Notes: generated by a model not told the origin, from the sequence alone. 64,000 nucleotides of DNA from Octopus bimaculoides (GCF_001194135.2 NC_069007.1:11106488-11170487), one strand, 5' to 3'; numbered from the stretch's first letter, positions 38,315-51,430 are shown. Program-made: numbers and translations.

Positions 38315-39569
38315 ACAATGAAGAATCATTATAAAAGCCTAGGAGGTGCATGTGACTGTTGCCATTCTTCTGGCTTCTTGCTCTTTGATGCATATGGCAG
38401 CTACCATCCCAAACTGCTTCTGTTTATATATGTGTAGCACTAAGGCCACACATCTTCAAGGCATATTTCAGTAGGAAATTTAAGTCTCTTCTCCTTGTGA
38501 GAAACATACTTATAGATAATTATTTTAGTCCAGTGTTAGTTTTTTTCCTTCTCATCAAAAGTTATAACTGCTAGTTTCACAGCATCAATTTCTTACTGGA
38601 GACCCTTACCTTTCAGATCTTGCTTGCACTCAATGCATGGTCCCACTGGCTAACCTCCCTCAAAAGAGATAAAGCGCTGTTGTTGTTTCTTATGTTGTTT
38701 TTTTTTTGTTGTTTTGCGTACAGTTTTTGCTATTATTACTGTTGTGATTGATGTTGCTGCTATTAACTTCATTCTTGATGCTGTCTTTGTTTTCATTCTT
38801 GTTGTTCACACTGTTGCTGTTATTGTTGTCACTGTTGCTGCTGCTGTGGCTTGTATTTTTATAGTAGTTACTGTTGTCATAGCAACAAGACAAAATTCCG
38901 TTACTTACATTCAATAAATTTATTTCAGCCCCAACTTGCCTGCCATTGACATCATGTTCCTCCACCATAGCTATAATTGGCACTCAAAATTGGGTTGACT
39001 GAATGCTGTTTGCCTTCAGTTGGTGTTGTGTTTTGACATTTTATTTTTTAATTGGGAAAATTGTATCTTTGTTTTCACAAGAATTTCGAAATAGTTATCA
39101 CTGAGTTACACCTCCAAGAGCAGGTGTAATTGAACAGAAATGTTACCACCATGATCTAGACAATGTCAGTAATAAAATTATCACAAAATAATTGACTGAA
39201 TAGGCTTTAACCAGCCGAAACATTAGATAAAACCTCAAAACTTACAGAGTTTCAAATTTCCATGACTTCACAGTATGGTGACCATAACTACAATAATAAT
39301 AATAATAATGATAAAGATGATAGTGCAAAAAATTGTGTTAACTGGAACGACTCATGCACTGAGAAGAGCATTATCGCTATGAAAACAACATCCATTCATG
39401 AATTTATTTATTTAATTTTTTTACATACATATTTTACCTGTGAATTTGCATGTGTAAACTGGGAATGCATACAATGAGCTTCTCTGCCCTTGGTGTATGC
39501 AAAACACTCGGCGAGAAATGGAAGAACATTTGAAGAAAGAAAAGACAACAACAGCAACATAATAATAAT

Positions 39570-40020
39570 AATAATAATCCATTCTGCTAAAGGCACAAGG
39601 TCTGAAATGTTGGGGAAGGGGACTAATCGATTACATTGACCCCAGTGTTTCACTGGTACTCAATGTATCGACCCCTAAAATGATGAAAGGCAAAGTTGAC
39701 CTTGGTGGAATTTGAATTCAGAACGTGAAGACGGATGAAATGCCACAAAGCATTTCGCTTGGTGTGCAAACGGTTTTGCCGGTTTGCCACCTTAATAATA
39801 ATAATAATAATCCTTTCTACTAAAGGAACAAGACTTGAAATTTTGGAGGAGGAGACCAGTCGATTACATCAACCCTAGTGTTTCAGTGGTACTTAATTTT
39901 ATCAACCCTGAAAGGATGAAAGGCAAAGTCGACCTTAGTAGAACTCAGAATGTGCAGACAGACGAAATGCTACTAATCATTTCATCTGGTATGTTAAATA
40001 TTCTGCCAACTTGCTGCCTT
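39570..40020 (-). mobile_element. Two tandem family B SINEs joined by (TAA)n
   Basis: Two consecutive B bodies, each bounded by (AAT)n. Confidence 0.85.
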
Positions 40021-40059
40021 AACAATAATAATAATCATAATAATAATAATAATAATAAT

Positions 40060-41095
40060 GAATGGAGGACTCCATTTAGGAGCAGGAGTAGCAAGATTAT
40101 ACCTAGAAAGGAAGGTGGAAGAGGGTTAATGTTAGTAGAAGACTACGTGGAGTTAGCTAGAGCAGATATAGACTCTTATGTAAGTAATAGTGAAGAAGAA
40201 AGTTTACTAAGAGCTGCTAGAGTCACAGCAAGACATGGGGAAACCAAAAAACCAAATGACGTTAAAAACCAGGAAAAAGAACAAAAGTTATCTGACTGTC
40301 AGGAGAAGGCTTTGCAAGACAAATTCCCAAAGATAGTTGCAGTGAATAGTAGTAGTGAGACATGGTTATGATTACAGAAAGGAAGGCTAAGAACGGAGAC
40401 AGGAAGTTTGTTAATAGCAACACAAGATTAAGCAGTAAGGACTAATTGGATAAAAGCCAACGTAGACAAAAACTAAGTAGATTCCCAATGTAGGTTATGC
40501 AAATCAAAAGAGGAAAGTGTTACTCATATAGAAAGTGAATGTAGCATGCTGGTACAGAAAGAATACAAGAAAAGACATGACAACCTAGGGAGAGTAATCC
40601 ACTGAGAGCTATGTAGAAAGCTAGGATTTGAACATACTGATAAATGGTATGAACATGAATCTAGTAAAGTACTAGAAAGTGAGAAATATAAGATATTGTG
40701 GAACTTTAACATTCAGACTGACAGAGTAATAAAAGCTAGAAGGCCTCGGTTAGTAGTAGTAGATAAAGAGAATAGAAAGTGCCAGATAATTGACTTTACA
40801 GTCCCAAATGATGAAAAATATGAGAGGTATAGAAAAAATAGCAAAGTGCCAGGACCTAGCCATTGAATTACAAAGACAATGGAAAGTGTGGGTAAAATGT
40901 ATCCCAGTAGTTATAGGTGCATTAGGAACTATCCCAAAAGATTTGAACAGATGGATAGAGGAAATAGGCATAAAACCCAGTTTAGTACAGCTCTAGAAAA
41001 CAGTGTTATTAGAGAGAGCTGGGATACTTATGAGGGTTCTTGACATCTAAGGTTACTTGTAGCTCAGTGTTAGGAATTTTCTTTTCCAACAGTCT
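40060..41095 (+). mobile_element. R4/Dong-clade fragment (RT tail, CCHC knuckle, RLE), third subfamily
   Basis: PRKEGGRGL; CRLCKSKEESVTHIESEC (CX2CX8HX4C); KRHDNLGRVIH; KWYEH; IIDFTVP; KCQDLAIELQRQW...IPVVIGALG; (AAT)n on both flanks. Confidence 0.9.
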
Positions 41096-41239
41096 AATAA
41101 TCGTAATAATAATGATAATGTTTTTAAAGGATTGACATAACTCTTCACAAATGTAAATAGACAATATGAAGAACGCAATGCAATTGCAATAGATTTTTTA
41201 TTGGTTGAATGATATTTCAACAGCAAGACTGTTTTTGTC

Positions 41240-41572
41240 GAGTTCAAAATAAAAAGTAATAAAAATTCAGAATTATAGAAATTCAAATCCAAAATATGAA
41301 TGAGAGCAATCAGTGTTCACACATTGATTGAATGACATCATCAGTCTTCAAATTTCAATTTTACAACTGGAGGAGGGGACCAGTCGCTTACATCAACCCT
41401 ACTGTTTCACTGGTACATTTTTTTCTTTCATTTTCTTTTTGCCAGTTGTAAAATTGAAATTCGAAGACTGATGATGTCATTCCATCAACGTGTGGACGCT
41501 GGTTGTTCTCGTTCATATTTTGGATTTGAATTTCTATAATTTTGAATTTTTATTACTTTTCATTTTGAACTC
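41240..41572. repeat. 131-bp inverted repeat around a 71-bp spacer holding a SINE B fragment
   Basis: 41240-41370 is close to the reverse complement of 41442-41572. Confidence 0.85.
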
Positions 41573-41741
41573 AACGTCTTTGTTGTTCATGTACATCATT
41601 GATCATTCTGATTATTTCTCTTAACTCATCTTCATATACATGCGTGTGTGTGTCGTATCAGGCAGACAAGAAAGTAATAGCCATGAAAACAACAGAAAGA
41701 TTGGGTATCTTACCCTTATATGAGGGAAAAAGTTGTCAGCA

Positions 41742-41812
41742 GACAGTCACAGGACTTGAACCAGCACCTCTTAGATACCAACTGAGTACTCTACCAATGA
41801 AGCTAAACTGCC
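41742..41812 (-). pseudogene. tRNA-like sequence, anticodon GGT (Thr); probable SINE head or pseudo-tRNA
   Basis: GGCAGTT/GACTGTC acceptor, D arm GCTT...GAGT, anticodon arm CTCAG-TTGGTAT-CTAAG, T loop TTCAAGT; single mismatches in the anticodon and T stems. Confidence 0.6.
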
Positions 41813-42139
41813 CGCTGACAACAGNNNNNNNNNNNNNNNNNNNNNNNNNNNNNNNNNNNNNNNNNNNNNNNNNNNNNNNNNNNNNNNNNNNNNNNNNNNN
41901 NNNNNNNNNNNNNNNNNNNNNNNNNNNNNNNNNNNNNNNNNNNNNNNNNNNNNNNNNNNNNNNNNNNNNNNNNNNNNNNNNNNNNNNNNNNNNNNNNNNN
42001 NNNNNNNNNNNNNNNNNNNNNNNNNNNNNNNNNNNNNNNNNNNNNNNNNNNNNNNNNNNNNNNNNNNNNNNNNNNNNNNNNNNNNNNNNNNNATATATAT
42101 ATGCATATATATATATATATATATGCATATATACACATA

Positions 42140-42455
42140 ACCAGCACTCCGTCGGGTTCCAGATGATCAGATCAATGGAACAGCGTGCTTATGAGATTAA
42201 CATGCAAGAGGCTGAGCACTCCACAGACACATGTACCCCTTCACATACTTCTCAGTGGGATTCAGTGTGTCACAGTCACAGAGAGTGAGAAGGCTGGCCC
42301 CTTGAAATACAGGTACTATTCATTTTTGCCAGCTGAGTGAACTGGTGCAATGTGAAATAAAGTGTCCTTCTGAAGGAAACAAAGCACTGCCTAGAATTGA
42401 ACTCGTGATCTTATGATCGCGAGCCAAATACCCTAACCACTAAGCAATGTGCCTT
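42140..42455 (-). mobile_element. tRNA-headed SINE sharing the family E 3' tail
   Basis: Head GGCACATTGCTTAGTGGTTAGGG...GAGTTCAATTC; tail homologous to 43220-43400. Confidence 0.75.
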
Positions 42456-42729
42456 CACATACATACATCCATACAAATATATAAGATTTGAATAAATAGA
42501 GTCAACAGGAGCGAGTATGTTTAGACAGATATTTAACAAACACTACACAGGTTTCAATACAACATAGATCCACATATACACAGGATTTAAATTAAGCAAT
42601 GGTTTATCTGTATAATAGAATCCAGTTGTATCACCTCAGGTGATATATATAATCACAGTCCTTGTAAGTAAATCTTAGACTTTGATGTTAACACATCCAA
42701 CTGGCTCTTTTCATGTGTACACATATATG

Positions 42730-42760
<31 letters not shown>

Positions 42761-42900
42761 NNNNNNNNNNNNNNNNNNNNNNNNNNNNNNNNNNCACACA
42801 CATGTATATACATGTATATATATATGTGTTTGTGGATATATATAGATGTATATATATTATATGTGTGTGTATAGATATACAAACACACACATATATGTAT

Positions 42901-43044
42901 ATGGATCAAAACAATCTGATTCAAATTCGGAACTCTTAAGTTTAAAGCGTGATGTTAGTCGTCAGCCAAAAAATGGCTGACGACTAACATCCTGCTTGAA
43001 ACTCAAGTGTACCTACGAATTTGAATCAAACTGTTTTGATCCAT
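42901..43044. repeat. 144-bp palindrome with a perfect 18-bp central stem
   Basis: GATGTTAGTCGTCAGCCA-AAAAA-TGGCTGACGACTAACATC, extending imperfectly to ATGGATCAAAACA/TGTTTTGATCCAT. Confidence 0.85.
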
Positions 43045-43049
43045 ACATG

Positions 43050-43400
43050 TGGCTCACATTTGTAGGATCGTAGTTTTGATTCCCAGACCAAGCGTTGTGA
43101 ATGTTTATTGAGTGAAAACACTTAAAGCTCTACGAGGCTCTGGCAGGGGTTGGTGACAAACCCTACTGTACTCTTTCACCACAACTTTCTTTCACTCTTT
43201 CTTCCTGTTTCTGTTGTAACTGTTTTTCAAAGGGTCGGCCTTGTCACACTCTGTGTCACGCTGAATCTCCTGAGAAGTATGTTAAGGGTACACGTGTCTG
43301 TGGAGTGCTCAGCCACTTCACTTGCACATTAATTTCACAAGCAGGCTGTTCCATTGATCAGATCAACTGCAACCTGCGTCATTGTAAGCGACGGAGCGCC
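43050..43400 (+). mobile_element. Family E SINE, near full length
   Basis: B-box remnant TTTTGATTCCCAGACC; body and tail shared with 18670-18850. Confidence 0.8.
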
Positions 43401-43689
43401 ATGATATATATATGTGTGTGTGTGTGTGTACATCTGTCAGACGGGGCCTTGATGAATGCCATGAGGCATGAAAGTATACTAGCCTTTATATATTTAATAC
43501 TCTATATTTAATACTCAATATTTCATATATTCAATAAGACATTCAATACTTCATTTCATTTTACTATTTATATTATATATTCCATATTCTATATCCCACA
43601 TTAATTTTATAAGAATATAAATAAAACATAAAAAATACAGTTGGAACTCTTTTAAATAATATATAAATAAATATACATATATATATATA

Positions 43690-44040
43690 TATTCTTTTAG
43701 ATTTTTATTTGTTTCAGTCATTTGACTGCAGCCATGCTGGAGCACCGCCTTTACTTGAGCAAATCGATCCCAGAATTTATTCTTTGTAAGACTAGTACTT
43801 ATTCTATTGGTCTCTTTTGCCAAACCACTAAGTGATGGGGATGTAAACACACCAGCATTGGTTGTCAATTGATGTTGGTGGAACACACACACACACACAC
43901 ACACACGATGTCTTGTACTATAGCCTTGGTTGGCCCAAGGCTATAGTACCAGACACTTGCCCAAGGTGCCTTACAGTGGGACTGAACCCGGAACCATGTG
44001 GTTGGTAAGCAAGCTACTTACCATGCAGCCACTCCTGCGC
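43690..44040 (-). mobile_element. Family A SINE
   Basis: Full head to tail, internal (CA)n, flanked by (TA)n. Confidence 0.85.
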
Positions 44041-44082
44041 TTGTATATAAATAAATAAATAAATATATATGTATATAAATAA

Positions 44083-44139
<57 letters not shown>

Positions 44140-44472
44140 CATACATACACATATAATTATATATGTGTGTCTCTGTGATATATGTATTATATCTCATACA
44201 ATTTAGTCTATTATCTATTTCATTTTTCTTTTCTTTTTCTGATTATATTGTTTTTATTTCATGGCTTTCATTATTCTTTCAACTTCAATAGAAATCATTT
44301 TTTTTATTTCACCTTATCTCAGTGGAACCACTCCTCCCCCTGCATTTCTCGTGTGCAACACTTGAGGCTCTAGTCTTAGTCTTAGGAACATTCTTATCAC
44401 TAGCAAATTCTTTGCATTGACTGAATACATAAAACTGATTACATAAAAACCAAAACTTTATGTGAGTATGTA

Positions 44473-44519
<47 letters not shown>

Positions 44520-44865
44520 CCACATATATATATATTGTGTCACACATACCATTCAGTCTGCTGTAGCATACAACAATGCAAATTTCATTGTTAAATTATA
44601 CATGCACACACATGTATTGCATGTATCTATTACTACAGCCTTCTCTCATAATCAAAGTTGATTTGGTACCATATACCTTAGTTTTGCACTTGTTTTCTCT
44701 TAGGTACCCATTGAGTAGTGAGCAGGCTCAGACATTCTCTAGTTTTTGTTATCAATTAAAGCAATGATTTTGTCGTGTCTATGGAGAATCATTATGCCAA
44801 TATTAATAACACACTCACTGGTTCAATTCCATTCCTTCATTAGTAATCAATTAGTTAAATATCTC

Positions 44866-45255
44866 TCTTTACTCTTTTTACTTGTTTCAGTCATTTGACT
44901 GCGGCCATGCTGGAGCATCACTTTTAGTCGAGCAAATCGACCCCGGGACTTATTCTTTGTAAGCCTAGTACTTATTCTATCGGTCTCTTTTTGCCAAACC
45001 GCTAAGTGACAGGGACATAAACACACCAGCATCGGTTGTCAAGCAATGCTAGGAGGACAAACACACACATATATATATATATATACATATATACGACGGG
45101 CTTCTTTCAGTTTCCGTCTACCAAATCCACTCACAAGGTTTGGTCGGCCCGAGGCTATAGTAGAATACACTTGCCCAAGGTGCCACACATTGGGACTGAA
45201 CCCGGAACAACGTGGTTCATAAGCAAACTACTTACCACACAGCCACTCCTGCGCC
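44866..45255 (-). mobile_element. Family A SINE, least diverged copy
   Basis: GCAGGAGTGGCTGTGTGGTAAG head to CAGTCAAATGACTGAAACAAGTAAAAGAGT tail. Confidence 0.9.
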
Positions 45256-46059
45256 TATCCAAATAACGAATTGATCGTTTGTTTAACTTGGTTAAATAGT
45301 CAGATTTTCTAATACTTTTCTTTGTGCATCAAAGTTCTTTTGTTGCCATTCACAACCTTTGCAGTCAAATATCTATGCAACTAACCTTTTAGTTAGTTTA
45401 GGTACTTGACTAATAATAAAGGAGTGGAATTGAACCAGTGCATGTGTTGTTAATATTGATGTAGAAACTCTCCCAAGACACCTCAGCATTTGTTCCAATA
45501 CATGAATTCACATAAAGAATCTTGCAATCCAGATACAAAATCGAAGGAAAGCAGTGATGTTATTCCAAATAATTAGTTGTTCCATTTGACGTTAGTAGGT
45601 TTCCAACATAGAGGTGTATCCTAAAGGGCCAGTTTATTGTAATGAGGTGGAATGGTGAAAGGTGGAATCTGAGGTGAGACAGTAAAGACCCAGAACAGAT
45701 ATGGCAAGGCATCACGTGGTATTGCAAGGCATCTGCCATTAAAGTACCTGGATTAGTACTTCATTCATCAACCACTGGTATAAAGCACCTGCTCAGATAT
45801 TTTAATTATCAACCACCAAAATAAAGTAACAAGAATGGTACTTTATGTGTCACCCAGATATAGAGTACCTCACCTGGTACTTTATTTGTCAGCCATTGCA
45901 AAGTTGATCTTGGTGGGTTTTGAATGGGAGTGCAGGTACCCTGAAAATATATCGTAACACATTCTAGATGATGCTGTAAAGAATCTACCAATTTATACAC
46001 ACACACACACACACACGTATATACTAGAAATAGAATACATTATCTATATATGTATATAT

Positions 46060-46245
46060 TCCATATTTTTAAGAGATCCTGGGACAACAGGATTTGGGAT
46101 CTGATGATAGTCCATAAAACTAAACACTTTATGGACAAGAAACCTAAGGCAGTCCCATAAACCGGCCTTCCCCATTTCTCATATATACTGCTTTACATCT
46201 TAGAGTGTGCTTCTTTCAGATTTATGTTTTTTACAGACAATATAT
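46060..46245 (+). mobile_element. Hammerhead-bearing short repeat (family 2), ending GACAA(TA)n
   Basis: Homologous to 59620-59875. Confidence 0.7.
46096..46156 (+). ncRNA. Type I hammerhead ribozyme (family 2, copy a)
   Basis: GGGAT-CTGATGA-[GTCCATAAA/TTTATGGAC 9-bp stem II]-GAAA-CCTAAGG-C-A-GTCCC; the only core defect is U16.1 to C. Confidence 0.75.
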
Positions 46246-46436
46246 ATATATACACACACATATATATATATGTAATATGCATGTAAAGCGCGTGCGTGTG
46301 TGTGTGTGTGTGTGTTATATGCTTATTCATATGTGTATTAAACTCATTACATGTGCTTGCTGCCTCTGAAGAATTATTTCTACCAGCCTTGAAGCATCTA
46401 GTGGAAAGACATAGAAACACAATTACAAATCATTTG

Positions 46437-46493
<57 letters not shown>

Positions 46494-46522
46494 CATATCT
46501 ATATGTATGTGCATATATACCC

Positions 46523-46555
<33 letters not shown>

Positions 46556-47184
46556 TATGAACTGCTTTGTAATTATTTTCCTTCATGTCGGTCTTTCTAT
46601 TACATGTTTCCAGGCAGCTGGCAGAAAGAGTTCTTTAGAGACAACTCAACACATGTAACAAGTTTCATACATACACACACATACATACATACATACATAC
46701 AGGGATATTACACACACTCTCATACACAAATATACTACACACGCACATACACACACACGCACATATGTATAAAAGGTCGATAGATAGATTGATGGGCAGA
46801 TACATAGAGAAATTTATAAAGATGAACATAGATGACTGGATAAAAGAGATAAGAGAGACAGACAGACAGATAGAGAGAGTGTGGGAGAACCCTCTTGTTG
46901 CATTGAATGATGTAACAAATATAAAATGTCTATAAATAATGGGACGGCTGAATGGTTTTGGTCGAGATATACAGTTAGATTAAGGATTTGTTTGCTTTGT
47001 TCTTTGTTTTCTTTTCCTCTTTCTCTGTGATTTGACATAGTTGTGATATTTATTTTCATGTTGTTTACATTCAAAAGAATTTGAAACATTCAGGAAATCG
47101 GTAAGCATAAATAGATGTTAACAGTTGCCGTTTCTAAGTGTTACAATTCTAATCAAACAGTTTCACCCTCACATCCCTCGTCTC

Positions 47185-47243
<59 letters not shown>

Positions 47244-47689
47244 CTCTCCCTTTCTCTTTCTTTCTCTCTCTCCCTCCCTCTCTCTCTCTTGCTCTTTCTA
47301 TGTATGTGTGTGTGTGTATACATGTATATATATATATATGTATNNNNNNNNNNATGTGTATATATGTGTGTATATATGTGTATATATATATATGCGTATA
47401 TATATGTTTGTATATACATGAGTGTATATATGTGCATATATATGTGTGTAGATATGTGTATATATATGTGTGTGTGTGTATATGTATATATATATGTGTG
47501 TGTGTATATATACATATATATATATATGAACATGTATTTACATATATTCATAACAGTGTGTATATATAATATATATATATACATATATGAATATGTAGTG
47601 TGTATATATATATGTGTGAAAATATGTATGTATTTACATATAACGTACGTGTGTGTGTGCATGTGTGCATGTGTGTATATGTATATATG

Positions 47690-47720
<31 letters not shown>

Positions 47721-48614
47721 ATCTACATGTACATATATGTGTGTATGTACATGTATATATATGTGTGTGTGTGCTGTTCTTTATTTTATGAGAATACTAC
47801 AGAGTCAAAAGTTTGAAGGAAATTACTAATCAAATGGATGGTGAAAAAAATTTGGAGAAAAAAGAGCAAAGTTTCTTAGAAAGCATACATTCTGATTTAC
47901 ATAAAAACATACGCTTAAATGCATCCACACACACACACACACACACACGAAAAAAGAGAGAAGCATATCTGTTTTGCAAACCTCGCACACTCATATATAG
48001 ATGTGTGTGTGTGTGTGTGTGTTAAAAACACTTAGAAGTGCAGACATGAGAAGAAATATATAAAATAATGTAGGGAAGTATAGAATAAAAACCAAAAACA
48101 AATACTAAAAATTTTAATAAAATATATATATGAAGAATTAGAAAGAATTAGAAAGAAAACTGTGTGTAATAAAAGACATAATTGAGAGAGAGAACTGTAC
48201 TTATATTAAATCTGGTATTGAAGATATTAAAAGGAATGAGTGAGTGCAGGATGGTAATGGTGGTGGAGGTTATTCGAGAACAAGATATGGATGAGTTAGG
48301 TCAGGAAGGAAGAGCAGAAATCAGATGAAATGTGCAATAAAAATGCGAAATGTTCATCACCAGCGTAACTCTTCTGTTGATATGTGTCTAAAATTTGTAA
48401 CACTAACGGATGAACGTACACGTTGTAGGAGATAGAATATAAATTCATAGATACATATATACGTGCATACATACACACATACATACATAAACACATACAT
48501 ACATAAATGCAAGCATACATACATATGTACATTCATACATATATAAATGCATACATATTCACATATATGCTCATATACATACACATTCAAGCATGCATGT
48601 TGATACATACACAT

Positions 48615-48656
<42 letters not shown>

Positions 48657-48719
48657 CAATTTAATATGCATATCTTGATATTTATCTCTCATTGGTTGTA
48701 TGTATGTATATATGTATAT

Positions 48720-49115
48720 CATCATCATTTAATGTCCATTGTCCATGCTGGCGTGGATTGGATGGTTTGACTGGGGCTGGTAAGCTGGAAGGCTGCACCA
48801 GACTTCAGTCTAATTTGGCATGGATGCCCTTCCAAGCACCAATCACTCTGAGAGCGTGAAGGGTGCGTTTACGTGCCACCGGCACGGGTGCCATTTGCGT
48901 GACACCAGTATCTGCTGTGACTGCAATTTTGCTCGGCTTGATGGGTCTTCTTCTCAAGCATGACATAATGCCAAAGGTCTCGGTCATTGCCTCCATGAGG
49001 CCCATTGCTTGAAAGGAACTCAGCCATTTTGCCTCCGTGAGGCCCAACACTTATAAGGTGCCTTTTACATGCCACCAGCACGGGTGCCAATTACGTGACA
49101 CCAGCATTGGCTATG
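48720..49115 (-). mobile_element. RTE-clade 3' UTR (family C) with (GAT)n tail
   Basis: CATCATCATTTAATGTCC...GGATGCCCTTCC...; repeated GTGCCACC-GCACGGGTGCCA. Confidence 0.75.
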
Positions 49116-49184
49116 ACAGGTCTTCTCGTATATATATGTATGTCTATGTATATATATATCTGTTTGTGTGTGCGTGTGTTTTCT

Positions 49185-49410
49185 TCTTGGTTCAGTCATT
49201 AGGCTGTGGTCATGCTGTTACTTATTCTATTGGTCTCTTTTGATGAATCGCTGAGGTACAAATGTTGGTGATGTAAACACACCAACACTGGTTGTCAATT
49301 GGTGTTGGGGGAAAAACACAGACACAAACAACAAACCCACAAACATACACATGCACATACATATATATACGATGGGCCTCTTTTCAGTTTCTGTCTACCA
49401 AATCCAATGA
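49185..49410 (-). mobile_element. Family A SINE, 5'-truncated
   Basis: Tail and core match 44866-45130. Confidence 0.7.
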
Positions 49411-49419
49411 TAAAGTAAT

Positions 49420-49715
49420 GACTAGTGACTGAGACCTTGGCAATATACTGTGCTTGAGAAAACTCATCAAGACAAGTGAAACTGTAGACATAGTTGCTGC
49501 CAGTGTCTTCTAAATGGTACTCGTGAAATTGTAGTCATGTCTGTTGTCAGTGTCACGTGAATGACAACCATGCTGATGGCGCATAAAAATCACCCATTAC
49601 ACTCTTGGAGTAGTTGGAATTAGGAAGGATATTCATCTGTAGAAATCATTTACCAGTTCCAGTCAAACCATTTAACCCATGACAGCATGGAAAGCGGATG
49701 TTAAATGATGATGAC
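49420..49715 (+). mobile_element. RTE-clade 3' UTR (family C)
   Basis: GTTGGAATTAGGAAGG...CATGGAAAGCGGATGTTAAATGATGATGAC. Confidence 0.7.
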
Positions 49716-49949
49716 GGCAATGACGATGACGATGGTTACCTTGATTGTACATGTGTTCATCAGTTTATATTCAGAAAAATATATGTGAGATGATCCTGAT
49801 ATGTTTCATAGCTGATTGGCCACTCCTTTGGGGAATAATACCTCTCTCTACCTGCAAAGAGAACAATCAGTTATATTTACATGCATGTACAGCATGGGTG
49901 TTATTAATTGTAGGTTAATTAGATGAAGTTTATCTCAGATTGTCTAATA

Positions 49950-50546
49950 CAGGGGTTGCCAAAGAGGGTCCGAGAGACCCCCTAGGGGTTGGCAAGGAAT
50001 TACATGGGGTCAATGATAGCCAAGGGGTCAAATGGGGGGTTGGCGTGCGAAAGACCCATACTTCACATTGATGTTGTCAATTTCAATAAAAGCTGTTCCA
50101 GCAATATGACGCATTTTACACATTTTCTAACCATGAAAACAATTTCATAAAAATTGAAAGTTTAATGATGGATACTTTTTCTACTCTAGGTACAAGGCCT
50201 GAAATTTTGGGGGAGGGGGTCCCATTCGATTAGATCAATGCCAGTACGCAACTGGTACTTAATTCATCGACCCCGAAAGGATGAAAAGCAAAGTCAACCT
50301 TGGTGGAATTAAGCTTTTCGCCTGGCGTGCTAATGATTCTGCCAGCTCGCCACCTTGAATAATGTCGTACATTTGCCAGCATCAGTACCCGGTACGCATT
50401 TACGATATGGTACAGTAGGGTAGGGTATTAAGATATTTTAAATGAGGAGGGTGGTCGATGTGGAAGGTGAAGTGGTTAAAGGGGGTTAATGTTGAAGGAG
50501 AATTGGCTAAAGGGGGTCAGTGGTTGAAAATGTTTGGTGACCCCTG
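49950..50546. mobile_element. hAT-type MITE with a nested family B SINE (about 50175-50360, minus strand)
   Basis: TIR CAGGGGTTGCCAA / TTGGTGACCCCTG; 8-bp TSD GTCTAATA / ATCTAATA; second copy at 58045-58512. Confidence 0.85.
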
Positions 50547-51174
50547 ATCTAATACTTAAATTTTGTGTATAAAATATTTGATTTTAATGAAACAGTCACA
50601 CTGCCAACAAATACCCACAATGCTAACATTAATACGCACATGCGCACCGATATACCCGTTTGCAGGCTGTGTGATTAAGAAGTTTATTTTGAAACTATGT
50701 ATTATGTAGGTTTTGGTTTCATTACATAGGTGCTGTGAGCTGGTGCCCCCTACTATATCTGTAGGCTGACCAATATCTTGTGAATAAAATTGGTTGATGG
50801 GAACAGAAGAAGCCTCTCTCCTTCCTCTCTCTCTCTCTCACACACATACACACATTCATGTGTGCAAGTTTGTGTAAGTTTGAATTTCCCCTCATCTTCA
50901 CACGTGTTTGTTGATTGTAAACAAAAGCCTCACCATTCATACAAAGTGTCATTCACTTGCAGTCCATGAAAGCTTATTTGGGCTTCTTGACGTGTCCTGA
51001 ACTTGTAGGGATTTGAATTCCAACTGCGAAATTTTCATGAGTAAGTTACAATCAAATCATATGAGTTTCACGTGAACAACCTAAAAATTGACCAATCAGC
51101 TTGAAGCTATGCCAGGAACAGTATCTTGAATGTTCTTGAAATTCACATCCTTTTTCCCTAGTTAAGCAGATTAG

Positions 51175-51430
51175 TGGAGGCTTGTGACTTAGTGGTTAAG
51201 GTGTTGGACTCATGATCGTAAGATTGTGATTTTAATTCCACAACCAGTCGATGCATTGTATTCTTGAGCAAAAGACTTCATTTTATGTTGCTCAAGTCCA
51301 CTCACCTAGCAAAAACGAGCAACCCTGTGACAGACTGGTGTCTCGTCCAGGTGAGAAATTTATACATCATGGAAACCTGGAAACTGGCCCTTATGAACCT
51401 GGAATGGCTCGAGAAGGTAACTGTTTTTTA
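51175..51430 (+). mobile_element. tRNA-derived SINE with a V-domain-like core
   Basis: tRNA head GACTTAGTGGTTAAGG, CTTGAGCAA block, CCCTGTGACAGACTGGTGTCTCGTCCAGG resembling the V-SINE core. Confidence 0.55.

Noticed and set aside
42974-43015. CTGACGA...GAAAC in the palindrome arm
   Set aside because: Stem II is unpaired, position 17 is G, and the opposite arm has TAAA.
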